Sequence record: OV032902.1
Strand: one strand, 5' to 3'
DNA length: 64,000 nucleotides
Part shown: positions 45,332 to 58,100 of the stretch, in pieces
Layout of the letters: every line of letters starts with the position of its first letter
Position numbering within the stretch: position 1 is the stretch's first letter
Translations under genes and position numbers: made by a program
The notes under the pieces: generated by a model
Told to the model about the DNA's origin: nothing
The model's input: the letters and a program-made list of their open reading frames with translations, nothing else
Databases searched by the model: none

Positions 45332-47398
45332 ATGAATATCGTGGCCACGATAGACGCTGAACTGTTTGAAACAACATCTCCAGCTGCCCGTGCTTTTGAC
45401 TGGGGCTCTATGTATCGAGAAGATCTAGAGTACGACATTGAAAGCATGGATAGCATCTTAAATATTCTCCCGATAGTTCGAGCGGAAGAACGTGACGGCA
45501 TCATCACAGTAAGTGGTTTCTGGGCTAAGCGCTTGTCCAGTGACATTCACAAAAACTGGGGCAGTGCACGTGTCACAAACAACATCTTCCTGGAGCTAAA
45601 TTCACGGAGTTTCCAAATCTATAGTTTCTTCGCCATTGAGGTAGATTATATTCTAACTTATCTCATAGACGAAGCTGTACGAGTTAATACGGACCGTATG
45701 ACTCTGGAGAGTATTCGAGATGCTCTGAGAGAAAAGACGTGGCTAGCAAACATTAACAATGCTAAGCCTCGTGAACTAAACATGCGTGCATTAAAACGAC
45801 TTAATGTTACGCCTCTGAAAAACCAGTATGAGTTTCTTGATGTCATAGCGGAACGTACAACCAGCTATGATCTTCGAGGTCAAGTACTTGCTTCCCCACC
45901 GGGCACAGGTAAAACCCTTTCGGGATATATGACTTCCTTAGCACTCGACGCGGACATGACGTTATTCATAGTCCCGAAGAACTCTGTGGAAGAAGTATGG
46001 GTACAGACTATCAAAGATAACTTCAAAGATAATCCTCGTTACTGGACGTCCTTTGATGGGACGATGCCGACAGGCAAGGAAGAATTCCTAATATGTCACT
46101 TTGACTTCCTCACTAAGTTAAGTCGTTATCTTAATATCTTTCGCAACAAAGAAAGATTGTGTGTTTGGATTGACGAAAGCCATAACTTCAATGAGATCAC
46201 TGCACAGCGCACGCAGTTTCTTATTGACCTAGTGGATGAAGTTGATCCATATAACGTAGTATGGGCTTCTGGTACACCTTTCAAAGCGATGGGTAAAGAA
46301 GTAGCTCCTATCCTACGTACAATAGATAGACGCTTTACTGAGGAGGTGATGCGTGCATTCATTGGTATCTTCGGCGCGACTAGGGCAAGAGCTATTGATG
46401 TTCTCGCTCATCGCATTGGTAAGTTTACTTATCGTATCGACAAGAAGGAAGTTGTCGACATCCCGCGTATCGACGTGGAAAACCAAGTCAAAATTCCTGA
46501 CCCTTCTAGGTATCTGCTTGACAACGTACGTGTTGACTTAAGAGCTTATATCGTTCAACGTGTAAAATTCTATACGGAGAAACGAGACGAGATTAAGTCT
46601 ACGTATGAGCGCCTTCTAGCTAGATCGCAAATCCGTAACTCTGGTTCTGGACGTGGCACTATTGGCCAATACAAAGCCTACAATGAGAAGATGCATAAAC
46701 GCTTCTCTATTGATGAGGACATGGATAAGCTAAGATGGTGCAAGAAGTGGGAAGAGGATAATGTTTATCCAAACCTGTCAAACGAAGACAAGAAGGAATT
46801 TAGATACGTCATCTCTCGCCACCGAACGCTTCTGTTGGTAGTACGTGGTGAAGCACTAGGTAATGTACTTGGTAAGCGACGTATTGAATGTTTTAAAGAG
46901 ATGGTTAATTACGGTAACGTCGAATATTTTGTACGTACTGCTCGTAAGAAGACTATGGTCTTTACTAGCTATGTAGAAGTAGCTAAAGAAATTGCACGTC
47001 ATCTAAAGTCTAAGGGTTATGATGTATCTCTAGTTATCGGGGAAACCAATAACGACTTTGAGAAGATCATCGGTGACTTCAAGCGAGACCCTCGCAAGAA
47101 AGTTGTAGTTGCGACCTACAAGTCATTGTCTACCGCTGTTCCCGTGACCCAGGCTTCGGACGTTTATTTAAACGACCCTCCATTCCGACAATATATCTTG
47201 GAACAAACAATTTCTAGATCTTTGCGTTTGGGACAAGATGGACCTGTGCGTGTCATTACCTCTGTACTAGATACCGATGGTATTGATAACTTATCTAGCC
47301 GTAACCTGGACATTATGCAATGGTCAGCTGATACGGTGAACGCTATGCTTGGCATTCAAGATGATTCTAAAATCAATCTTGATGAGCATGCTTCCTAG
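45332..47398 (+). CDS. Superfamily 2 (SNF2/DExH-like) helicase
   Basis: ASPPGTGKT (Walker A), WIDESHN (Walker B), ASGTP (motif III), LSTAVP (motif V), EQTISRSLRLGQ (motif VI). Confidence 0.88.
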   Translation: MNIVATIDAELFETTSPAARAFDWGSMYREDLEYDIESMDSILNILPIVRAEERDGIITVSGFWAKRLSSDIHKNWGSARVTNNIFLELNSRSFQIYSFFAIEVDYILTYLIDEAVRVNTDRMTLESIRDALREKTWLANINNAKPRELNMRALKRLNVTPLKNQYEFLDVIAERTTSYDLRGQVLASPPGTGKTLSGYMTSLALDADMTLFIVPKNSVEEVWVQTIKDNFKDNPRYWTSFDGTMPTGKEEFLICHFDFLTKLSRYLNIFRNKERLCVWIDESHNFNEITAQRTQFLIDLVDEVDPYNVVWASGTPFKAMGKEVAPILRTIDRRFTEEVMRAFIGIFGATRARAIDVLAHRIGKFTYRIDKKEVVDIPRIDVENQVKIPDPSRYLLDNVRVDLRAYIVQRVKFYTEKRDEIKSTYERLLARSQIRNSGSGRGTIGQYKAYNEKMHKRFSIDEDMDKLRWCKKWEEDNVYPNLSNEDKKEFRYVISRHRTLLLVVRGEALGNVLGKRRIECFKEMVNYGNVEYFVRTARKKTMVFTSYVEVAKEIARHLKSKGYDVSLVIGETNNDFEKIIGDFKRDPRKKVVVATYKSLSTAVPVTQASDVYLNDPPFRQYILEQTISRSLRLGQDGPVRVITSVLDTDGIDNLSSRNLDIMQWSADTVNAMLGIQDDSKINLDEHAS

Positions 47399-47433
47399 AG
47401 TCTGGCTTAGGAACTGATTCTAGAAAACTGAAA

Positions 47434-47471
47434 CCCTCCTGGCCGAAAGGCTGGGAGGGCTTTCTCTTTTT
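47434..47471 (+). terminator. GAAA-loop terminator
   Basis: CCCTCCTGGCC-GAAA-GGCTGGGAGGG followed by CTTTCTCTTTTT. Confidence 0.8.
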
Positions 47472-47482
47472 ATTCGCTCGTT

Positions 47483-47493
47483 AAATCCTGTAG
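47483..47493 (+). promoter_or_regulatory. Candidate late-promoter motif
   Basis: AAATCCTGTAG. Confidence 0.4.
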
Positions 47494-47518
47494 TGCAATT
47501 CCACTTTTAGGAGACGAA

Positions 47519-49180
47519 ATGTTTGATCAATACATAATCCGTTTGCAGAAAGAAGACAAAGGTTTAAAACCATTACCTTATGTCGTCTGGGCGGATGCTG
47601 CATCGATTCCTAGGCCTGAATCAATCAAGCCTTTCGATAGCAGTGTGAATTACAGTGTTAACTCTGTCATCTCAGATGGCGAGGGAAGACTACTTGTTGC
47701 CAAGCGACAACCTGAGTTAGGTTACTCTCGTGACAAAGTAGAGACAGCAGCAAATCTAAATTCTGATTATGATTCAGAATGTAAGCTAGTAGAGTATAAC
47801 GGGAAAACATATCTTGTTACTGCTCAAGCTGGTCAATCACAAAAGATATCTGCTTTAACCGGTGCCACTGCTATAACGGGTAACAAACTCGTAATCCAAG
47901 AGTGGGACGCAACTACTGGAGCTCTATCGCCAGTAGGCGTTATTTTAAACGTACCTTTGGAAAACCTAGAGGTATTTGAAATTGAAGGCAACCTGTACAT
48001 TACAGGCGGCGTATCACAGGGTAACCTTTTAGGTAAGACCCGTATTTGGAAATTTGACGGTGTAACGCTAAGTGCATTTACAACGTTTGAGAAATTTAAC
48101 CACGTTCTTTATTACAAGTTAGGTACACGTCATTTCTTTGCCGGCTTTAACTATGATACTGATTCACTAAAACTGTATCAGTGGACTCCGTATGGTACAG
48201 AGCTAGTAACAGAAGTAACGGAACTAACTGGTACTCTGTTACCTAATGAAAGATTCGTAGACGTTAACTATCAGATCTTTAATGGCGTCCTTTATATGTT
48301 CGTTGTTAAGTATGATGTAGGTGGCGATAAGTCAACCATCTCTACGTATCGTTTTGATAACATCCGCAAGACTTTGGTATTCGTTCGATCATTCGATATC
48401 GACGACCAAATTCTTCACATCAGTCCTCAAGAGATAAACCGTGAGTTCTATCTTCACGTTGCTCTTAAGGATGACTTCCTTCATACTTACAAGTTGAATA
48501 CTCAAACTATCGAGCTAACGCTTGCAAGTAAACTGCCGAAGATATTTGACTATCAAGGGATAGATACAGACATCTCGGGATTAGTTCTAAACACATCATT
48601 CTTTTATGAGGATGATGAGTATTATCTAAACGTACCTGTCTTATTGCAAGATGGTGCTTTAGATGCACTGAGTGTAACTTGTCGATGGGACGCGACGTTA
48701 CAACAATACATACCATTCAAAGGCTACCCTACCTACGGTGCAACCGACTGGCAGGTACTAGAAACAGACAAAGGTATTTTCTCGGTTATCACTAACCATA
48801 GAGATACCGTCACGACTTCTGGTGAGTCAGCTATTATTGGATGGGATAATCTAACCAAGAAATTCACCGCTACCCTCTCTGAGGTTATTGGTGGTTCAGT
48901 ATGGAATAATGAGGATTGGGAAGAGTTGCAAACAGCAACCTGCCTGGTCGCGCCTTTCAACACTGTTAACAAATATCGACCAGACATGTATGTTCTCGAT
49001 ACCGATGACACGTTGCTAAGATTGCGAACACTCACCCCACAGCCAACGTTCTATGCAGATGACTGGGAAACAATTCATCCTAGACAGCGCATCTCAACGT
49101 TGTACTTCTACGCTAACTTCAATTCGATGTTAGGTAGTCCTCAAAATTCTACGGGCGTAGTTGTCCAAATTGAAAACTAA
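47519..49180 (+). CDS. Probable virion protein: EAR/EPTP-like beta-propeller flanked by CBM-like repeats
   Basis: Blade YIPFKGYPTYGATDWQVLETDKGIFSVITNH matches the EAR/EPTP pattern; N- and C-terminal segments resemble the N-terminus of the 49192 protein. Confidence 0.6.
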   Translation: MFDQYIIRLQKEDKGLKPLPYVVWADAASIPRPESIKPFDSSVNYSVNSVISDGEGRLLVAKRQPELGYSRDKVETAANLNSDYDSECKLVEYNGKTYLVTAQAGQSQKISALTGATAITGNKLVIQEWDATTGALSPVGVILNVPLENLEVFEIEGNLYITGGVSQGNLLGKTRIWKFDGVTLSAFTTFEKFNHVLYYKLGTRHFFAGFNYDTDSLKLYQWTPYGTELVTEVTELTGTLLPNERFVDVNYQIFNGVLYMFVVKYDVGGDKSTISTYRFDNIRKTLVFVRSFDIDDQILHISPQEINREFYLHVALKDDFLHTYKLNTQTIELTLASKLPKIFDYQGIDTDISGLVLNTSFFYEDDEYYLNVPVLLQDGALDALSVTCRWDATLQQYIPFKGYPTYGATDWQVLETDKGIFSVITNHRDTVTTSGESAIIGWDNLTKKFTATLSEVIGGSVWNNEDWEELQTATCLVAPFNTVNKYRPDMYVLDTDDTLLRLRTLTPQPTFYADDWETIHPRQRISTLYFYANFNSMLGSPQNSTGVVVQIEN

Positions 49181-49191
49181 CGGAGAAGAAA

Positions 49192-52100
49192 ATGAGTCTT
49201 TTACCGACTATCATTCGCTTGTACCATCACCAGGGAACACAGGATATTACAAAGTGGGTACTATGGGCTGACCGAAATGCGGCAGACGTACCAAGTAAGA
49301 TTCCAACGTTCCTTGAAACATACTACTACCGTAAAGGTACATATGTAGTTCATAACGATCGCATCTTCCGTGCAAACAAGATCATTATGAAAGGTACATT
49401 CGATGCCGACGAGTGGACCGAAATCGATCAGATGACTGGTTTCGTTGCCCGCTACCGTAGCGACATTGATTACGAACAAGACTACTACATTCTTGATTCT
49501 GACAGTAAGCTACTCCGTAACCGTTATGCTTTCTCTGCGAAAGTATACGATGAAAATGATTGGGAAGCTGTAGTAACAGGCTCGGAAGCTGAGACTGCTA
49601 CTGTTTACCTGGATCAACTAGATAGTATCGAAGAGTTCGAAGTAGAAGATGGTATCTTCATTGAACTTGGCGGTATTCCAGATGCGTACGACCCGTTCGC
49701 TGATTTGGAGCCTATCGAAAAATACTTCACAGAAGAACGTGAAGGTAACTACTACTCTTTCTCTAAAGAGCTAAAGGTCTTTACTGACTTAGTCGCAGGT
49801 AACCCTGCAAGCCATGGTGATAAAGTAGCCCGTGTTAACCCTGTGTTTGGTAACATGGTACTTTTCCAAGAAGACGAAGATAATCGTCCGACTTACTACG
49901 AAACAGAAGACGGAATCGGTTACCTTGTCTTTACTGGCAACGAACATCTACTAGGTGACTTAGGTACGACTACAATCGATAACCTAAACATTACTCTAGG
50001 TGTTCCTGGTACTGGTCATTTGAATCTGGTTGAGCATGAAGTGACAGACGGCATTGTTCGTTTCGGTCCTACGTTCCCGGATTCAACTAAGACTTGGTAT
50101 CTGAGTGAAGGTTTCTTACCTGAAGAAGAACTATCTACGTCTGAGCGTATTGCTGTAGATGAAGAAGTACTTCAACGTTCTATTGCGTCTTACCCTAGTG
50201 CGACAGTTCAATCTATGTCGAACTGGTTCCTGAATGATGTTAACTTCAATGAAGACATCTCAGGTTGGGACATGTCAGGTAAGTTCTTTACAGACGGCAT
50301 GTTTAAGAACGCTACTCAGTTCAACCAGCACATCGGTGCATGGGACATGGAAAACGTAGAGAATACGGCTTCTATGTTTGAGGGTGCGAGCAGCTTTAAC
50401 TTCCCTCTACATGAGTGGGACTTTGCTCAGCTGAAAGTTACCCGTGCAATGTTTAAAGATGCAATTGCTTTCAACCAAGATCTTTCTCTATGGGAAATGT
50501 TCAACGTTGTTGATGCATCTGCTATGTTCCAAGGTGCCGTAGCCTTTAATGGCTTCCTAGGTCTATGGAACATGCCTAACTTGCTTGACGCGTCTTACAT
50601 GCTTGACGGCGCAATTGCATTCGACCAAGACGTAAGTCAGTTCCGTTTATCGGAAGTAACTAACCTAGTCGGTATGTTCCGTAATGCGACGGTATTCAAT
50701 CGTCCTATTACTCAGTGGAGCACAACTAAGGTTACTGACATCTCGTTCATGTTCGAAGGTGCAGAAGCATTCAATCAAGACCTGGATACTTTTGTTACGT
50801 CTCAAGTAACTGGCATGATTGGCGTATTCGACGGAGCGACTGCGTTTAATGGTGACATCACTGGATGGGACACTATTAACGTAAACAGCATGATGCGTAT
50901 GTTCCGCAATGCAGTTGCGTTTAACCAAGACATCAATCCATGGTTGACAGACAATGTTAACAACATGGAAGAAATGTTTAGTGGTGCTGCGGCATTTACT
51001 TACGACATTTCTGATTGGTGTGTGCGTAACATTCTAGCAGAGCCGATTGGCTTTGATGCGGATACAAATGCTGCATGGGAAAACCAAACAGCATTGCAAC
51101 CAAAGTGGGGCACACCGTGTCTTCGTTACCTAGCTCGTTCTTACTATGACGCAAGTCGTATCGATACTCTATTCCAAGATGCTGCGGGTACAATCCCTGT
51201 ACAGAATCCTGGTGATAAAGTATTGCGCTGGAATGACCTTTCGGTTAACAACAATGCAGCTATCGGTGTTTTAGCTACAGCACCTACGTATCGTGAAGAT
51301 GCTAACGGTCGCGGCTATGTTGAATTCAACACTGATGAGTTTCTGTCATTTACTGATGCTGGTATTTCTTACGATACATGGCAAACAGTACCTGGCGTTG
51401 GTTTCTTCCAACTAAGTAACACTAATACTGTTATTGGTCCGAATGACACCACAGGCTCTCAGAAGCGCTACATCGGTCAGTTTGTCGCACTTGAGTCAAA
51501 CTACTCAGCTATTGATGAAACAGTCGTAGTAGAGTTTGTGCGCGAAGAACAGGGACTATACGACCCTAACACTGTGACTAACCTTTCTTACTACTTCCAA
51601 AACATGTTGGACTTTAACTCTGACATCGCTGAGTGGGAAATGGGCGGAATCACAAACGTTGAAGGTATGTTCCAGAATGCGTCTATCTTTGATGCCGGCA
51701 TCGGTGTTTGGGATATGGGCAATGTTGAGAACTTCTCGTATATGTTTGACGGTGCAGTTGCCTTCAATCAAGACATTGGTGCGTGGAATACTGCTAATGC
51801 TACTAACATGTCATACATGTTTGATGGCGCGTCTACGTTTAACCAAACTCTTGCATGGGATACATCTGGTGTTACTGACTTTGATGGTATGTTCCGTGGT
51901 GCAGTTAACTATCGTTCAGTTACTAACTTCGACTTAACTTCTGCTCTAAGCATTAACGGTATGTTCGAAGGTGCTATTAACTTTAACCAACCTTTCACGG
52001 GTCCAGCTCCAGTTCTTATGGAAGCAAGCTCTGTGTTCCAAGGTGCGACTAAGTTCAATAGTTCAGTAGATAGTCTTATTGCTGAAAACGTTTGGGATAT

Positions 52101-55100
52101 CTCGAATATCTTTAAAGACGCAGCAGCGTTTAACCAAGACCTAAGTTCTTGGGTTACGTCTGACGTAACAACAATGGAAGGTTCGTTTGATGGGGCGACA
52201 GTATTCGATCAAGACTTAGTCTGGGATACAAGCTCTGTAGAAACACTACAAAACACTTTCCGTAATGCACGTAACTTTAATAGTGACATCTCTGGATGGG
52301 TAACTACTAATGTTACAAACATGAGTCAAACCTTTGCCGGTGCATCTGCATTCAACACAGACATTCAGTCGTGGGATGTACGCAACGTAACAACATTCGA
52401 ATACACATTCGTTAACGCAGGTTCATTCAACCAGCCTCTTAACTTATGGCGCACAGAGAATGCTGTAACATTCAAAGGTATGTTCCAAGGTGCACAAACG
52501 TTCAACCAAGTTCTAAGTAACTGGGATACGGACACGGTACTTGACTTTGACTTCATGTTCTTCAATGCCTCTGCCTTCAATAACGATATCTCTACATGGT
52601 GTGTTAAGCAGATTCCTGTAGCTGGCCCAGAAGACTTCTCTTTTGGTTCTCCGCTTATTGCTGACAATACTCCTATCTGGGGTGCACGCTGTTTGAGTGA
52701 TCTAGCAGACCTATGGTACGACTCGTCAGACATCACGAAAGTGTTTACTGACTTGGCTAAGACCACACAGCCATCTCCTGGCGACAAGGTTGCTGTATTA
52801 GAAGACAAAGGTAAGTTGGGCCTAGATGCTATCCAGTCGGATGTAACTAAGCAGCCTATCTATCGTGAAGATGCTAATGGTCTAGGTTACCTAGAATTCC
52901 CTGTTGGTTCTTCATTGACGGCTACTGGTGTTATCGGTACTGGTGTTTGGGTTAACAACATTCCATCGGTAGGTGGTTACGGTGATTACATCGTCGTTCC
53001 TGCATCTACATTTACACTGGACTTTGATTCAGTAAATGTTCCAGCAGCTTCTCGTAAACTAGGTCAAGCTATCGTATACTACGCAGCTCCTAACGAAAGT
53101 GATTTGCTGGTACTGAACAAAGCTGTACGTCGTTGGTCTGACTTATATGCACCTGGTGCTGTAACAGATATTTCGGCGGCTATTGAAGGTCGTGCTGATT
53201 TCGACTGGGATATTTCTACTTGGACTATGGGTCTTGTTGAAAAGGCTAATTACCTATTGGCAGGCTGTGAACAGTTTGATGTGGATATTTCAGATTGGGA
53301 TACTTCTTCTTTACAAGAAGCAGAGGGTATGTTCCTAGACTGTAAGATCTTTAACCAAGACCTTACTTGGGATGTACAGAACCTAGCAAACGCTAAAGCA
53401 ATGTTCCGTGGCTGTACGGAGTTTAATGGTGCTATTGGTGGTTGGGTTACTACAGCTCTTGCTGACTTGACGCAGACTTTCTACGCAGCTCGTGCATTCG
53501 ACCAAGACATTTCTGGTTGGGATACACAAAACGTTTTATCTTTCCAAGAGACGTTCTCTACGACTCGTGACTTTAACCAAGACCTAAGTGCTTGGAATAC
53601 AAGTGCGGCTACCACAATGAGTGGTATGTTCTTGGGTGCAGAATCGTTTAACTCTCCTGTGGCGACATGGGACACGTCAAGCGTTACAGACTTCTCTGGT
53701 ATGTTCCAGGCTGCTGCTGCATTCGACCAAGTTGTAGACCACTTCGATACATCCAGTGCAACAACTCTGGCTCGTATGTTCCGTGATGCAGTTACGTTTA
53801 ACCGTAGCATGATGTCTTGGGATGTTCGTCAAGTAGTTGACTTCTCTGAGATGTTCTATGGTGCGGATGAATTCCAAGGTCAAATCTCTTCTTGGGTATT
53901 TGACGCTAGCGATATTCTGATGGACCGTATGTTCCGCGATGCATACAAGTTTAATGATGACATCGGTGTTTGGGAAACAAACAACGTAACGTCTATGCTT
54001 GAGATGTTCCGCGATGCATTCGTGTTTGGTCGTAACCTTATCACGTGGTGTGTTAAAGACGTTCTTCCTTCTGAAGCTACAAACTTCGGAACTAACAGCC
54101 AACTTCAAGCTGCACAGATTCCTCTATTTGGTGAGCCATGTATTGGTGAGCTATTGGATGGTTACTACGATGCGGCTATCAAACGTACAGTTGCTACAAA
54201 CATTGACGGTACAGGTGAACCACTTGACGGCGATAAAGTAGCGTATCTAGGTGACTTGTCTCCTAATGACAATCACGCTGTACAGGCAGACCCTGCCCTA
54301 CGTCCAACTTATCGTGAAGACGTTAATGGTCGTGGTTACCTTGTATTCGAAGATGATCAACATCTTTTAGTTCCTGCTATTACTGGTGCCTCTCGCAACT
54401 GGGTAGCTGTTTGTGGTCGTGGTACTCCAGAGTGGACTGGCCAAACAAACAACCCTGCGAAAATTGGTATTAAGTATGCCGGTGGTGCAAACAAGGTATG
54501 GTACTTTGGCGCAGAAGCAATTACTGCAACGGCACGTACTGCTGCTGAAGAACTATTGATTCGCAATGCAATGCAAATCCGTGCACTGAACTATCCTTCT
54601 GACTTACAGTCTGAAATGGATTGGTTCTTCCATAACGAACAATACCTAAGTGGCGGCCTAGCTGACCTTAATACGGTTGGTCTATCTACACTGGAAGGTA
54701 CGTTCAAAGGATGTCAACGCTACAATGAAGATATCACTGGTTGGGATACATCGGCTATCGCGTCGTTTGCTCAAACCTTTGAAGGCTGTGCTACTCTTAA
54801 CCAAGACTTCTCTACTTGGACCGTAGCTCAAGGCTTAAGCTTCTCTGGTATGTTTAACGGTTGTACTTCTTTATCGTTCGATGCTTCTGGCTGGGACGTA
54901 AGTCGTGCTTCTAACTTCAGTAACATGTTCCGCAGCTGTGTGGCTTTCAATGCCGATATCTCAGGCTGGACAATTCGTACTGATGTTGACATTAACTTCT
55001 TTGGTATGTTTGCTGGTGCAACTATCTTTAACCAAGATATCACTGGCTGGAATATGGACCGTGTTGTAAACACAGGTGAAATGTTCTACGGTGCTCAAGC

Positions 55101-58100
55101 CTTCAACCAAGACCTAAGTCAATGGGATGTTGAAAGTATCACAAATATGGAATCTATGTTCCGTGGTGCAATTGCATTCAATCAAGACATTGGTGATTGG
55201 CGTGTTGGTAACGTATTGAACATGGACCAAATGTTCAACGGTGCAACGGTATTTGATCAAGACATCTCTCGTTGGTGTGTAAGCCAAATTCCAACAACTC
55301 CAACTAACTTCGATACTGCTTCGGGTTTCTTGGGTGATCTGGCTAAGCAACCTATCTGGGGTGGCTACTGTCTTATTGAGCGTTCGGAGTTCTTCCACTC
55401 TGCACGTGATAAAGATTACATGTTCCAAGACTCAGCAGGTACTGTGCCTGTTACAGCTCCTGGACAACCTGTAGGTTACGTTACCGACTTGACTGGTAAC
55501 TTCCGTCCATTGCTACAGACAAATAATGCTAAGCGTCCAGTATATCGTGAAGACGATAATGGAAACGGATACATTGAGTTTGGTCCAAACCAAACGTTAG
55601 TCCTAGACTACAATGGCCGTGCTGACCATATTCTATCTGTTGCTGACCGTGGTAAGATTCTATTTGCTGACGAAGACTTCTTCGGTGGTAATGACATTAA
55701 GTCTTACTTGTCTGCTGAAACGAAAGGTGTTCAGCGTATGGGCGACATGGTAGGTATTCGTACCGACCTTGCTACAGCAGATAAAACATCAGCAAACGCT
55801 ACTATGCAACAACGTGGTTTAGTTTACCATGAATCTGCACAGCCTAGTATGCGTCAGTTCTTTGCTGATAACTTGAACGTCAATAGTGCCGATATCGGTG
55901 CATGGGATATGAGCAACGTAGTTGACGTATCTGAGATGTTCTTGAACTGTGCTTCATTCAATCAAGACCTAACAGGTTGGAATGTTTCACAGGTAACAAA
56001 CTTTAGCGCACTATTCTCTGGTGCGGGTACATTTAACCAAGCGATTAATGGTTGGAACACAGCTAACGCAACTAACATGTCATTGATGTTTAAAGGTGCT
56101 TCATCTTACAATCAATCACTTGTAGGTCTTGACACTTCTTCTGTAACTACAGTAGCAAGCATGTTCCAAGACGCAGTAGCTTACAACCAAACAATCAATG
56201 GACTAGATTTAAGTAACTGTACGGACTTCTCTCGTATGTTCCAAAACGCAGTTATCTTTAACGCGTCCGTTACTAACATTGATACTTCATCTGCAACAAC
56301 TGTGGAATCTATGTTCCAAGATGCTAACCTGTTTAACAACGGTGGCTCTGCGATGAATGCAATGGACTTTGGTAACTGTACAAACTTTAGCGGCATGTTC
56401 ATGAACGCTGTGAACTTCAATCAACAAGTTTCGACTTGGGTATTGTACACAGGTGGTTCTGCTATTAACATGACTGCAATGTTTAAAGCGGCACGTAAGT
56501 TTAACCGTGACATCACTAGCTGGGACACAACGCGTGTTACTAACTACACAGAGATGTTTATGAATGCTAACGTATTCAACAACGGTGGCGTTGCTATGAC
56601 AGAAGCGGCAGGTAACTTCAATGTTGCAAATGCTGTTACTCTGGAAGGTATGTTCGAAAACGCACGTCTATTCAATGTAGATATCAGCGACTGGACTACT
56701 GGCAATGTAACAAACATGTCTCGCTTGTTCCGTAGTGATACGGGCGTATCTGTATTTAACCAACCTATTGGCGGTTGGAATGCGTCATCTGTGACGACTA
56801 TGTCTGAGATGTTCCGTGCGGCTACAGCGTTTAACCAAAACGTTGGTACGTGGAATGTTAATAACGTAACAGACATGTCGGAAATGTTTATGTCGGCAAC
56901 GGCGTACAATAACGCAGGTGTACAAAACCTTGAGAGTTGGAATGTTAATAATGTTACTACTATGGAAGGCATGTTTGAGTTCGCTTCAAGCTTTAACTCA
57001 TTCCTATGTCGCTGGAACGTAGAAAACGTTGTTAATATGGAACGCATGTTCAATGATGCTGACGCAATGACTGCTTACATCGCAGGTTGGGACGTTGCAC
57101 ATATTGCTACCGAGCCTACTGACTTCGGTGGTGACAACATTGAAAACCCTCCAGTTTGGGGTGGTGTTGCAGAACCATGTCGTTCAGACTGTACTCGTGG
57201 TCTTGTTGATGAAGGTGCAGAAAACGTTTACTTGGCGTTTGAAGCTCAATGGCTATTCCAAGATGCAGGTGGTACTATCCCTGTAACTGCCGATGGTCAG
57301 AAAATCCTTCTTATTGAAGATAGCTCTGGTAATGGTCGCCACATTACGTTTGATGCGGCTGAAGCTCCTACGTACCGTTTAGATGGTGCTGATGGTTACT
57401 TCGAATTCCCTGCTGGTACTCATGTTGAGTTTACTGGCCTGCCAGGCAACTCTAAAGTTATCTTTGATTTAATTGGTATCGGTGCTACTTACGTTCGTCG
57501 TAGTAACAACGGTAACTTATTCGACAATGCTCGTACAGGTACATACCTAGTGTCTTCTATTGTTGTTGCTCCAGTGACTGCCGATGAGGTAGCTGTAATT
57601 GGCGCATTGAATAGTTGTACTCCTGGTTACTCTGTAGCTACAACAACTCTTGAATATCTATTCGCAACAGAACCTGTTATCGGTGACGTGACTGGCTGGA
57701 ATACTTTGTCAGTTACAAACATGCATAACACGTTTGCGTTCTGTCCGACGTTCAACCAAGACATTTCATCATGGGCTACCTCTAACGTTACTACGATGCA
57801 AGGTATGTTCAGCATGGCCGTTAGCTTCAACCAAGACATTTCTGGTTGGGCAGTAAACAATGTGGAAAACTTCCGCTATATGTTTAACGGTGCTGCTGCA
57901 TTTAACTGTGGTGAACCAGCGGGTCAAAGTACGACTCCGATGTCATGGACAACGAACTCTGTTACAAACATGTCTGGCATGTTTGAGAACGCAACTTCGT
58001 TTAACCAACCGATTGGTACATGGTTAGTAACATCGAACACTGACTACTCTTACATGTTTAAGGGTGCCTCGGCATTCAATCAAAACATCAATACATGGAT

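Noticed and set aside
3351-47398. Stop-codon reassignment (TAG/TGA read-through)
   Set aside because: TAG/TGA stops (e.g. 3353, 13466, 47398) fall at sensible gene ends followed by an RBS or terminator, and very long ORFs are intact in the standard code.
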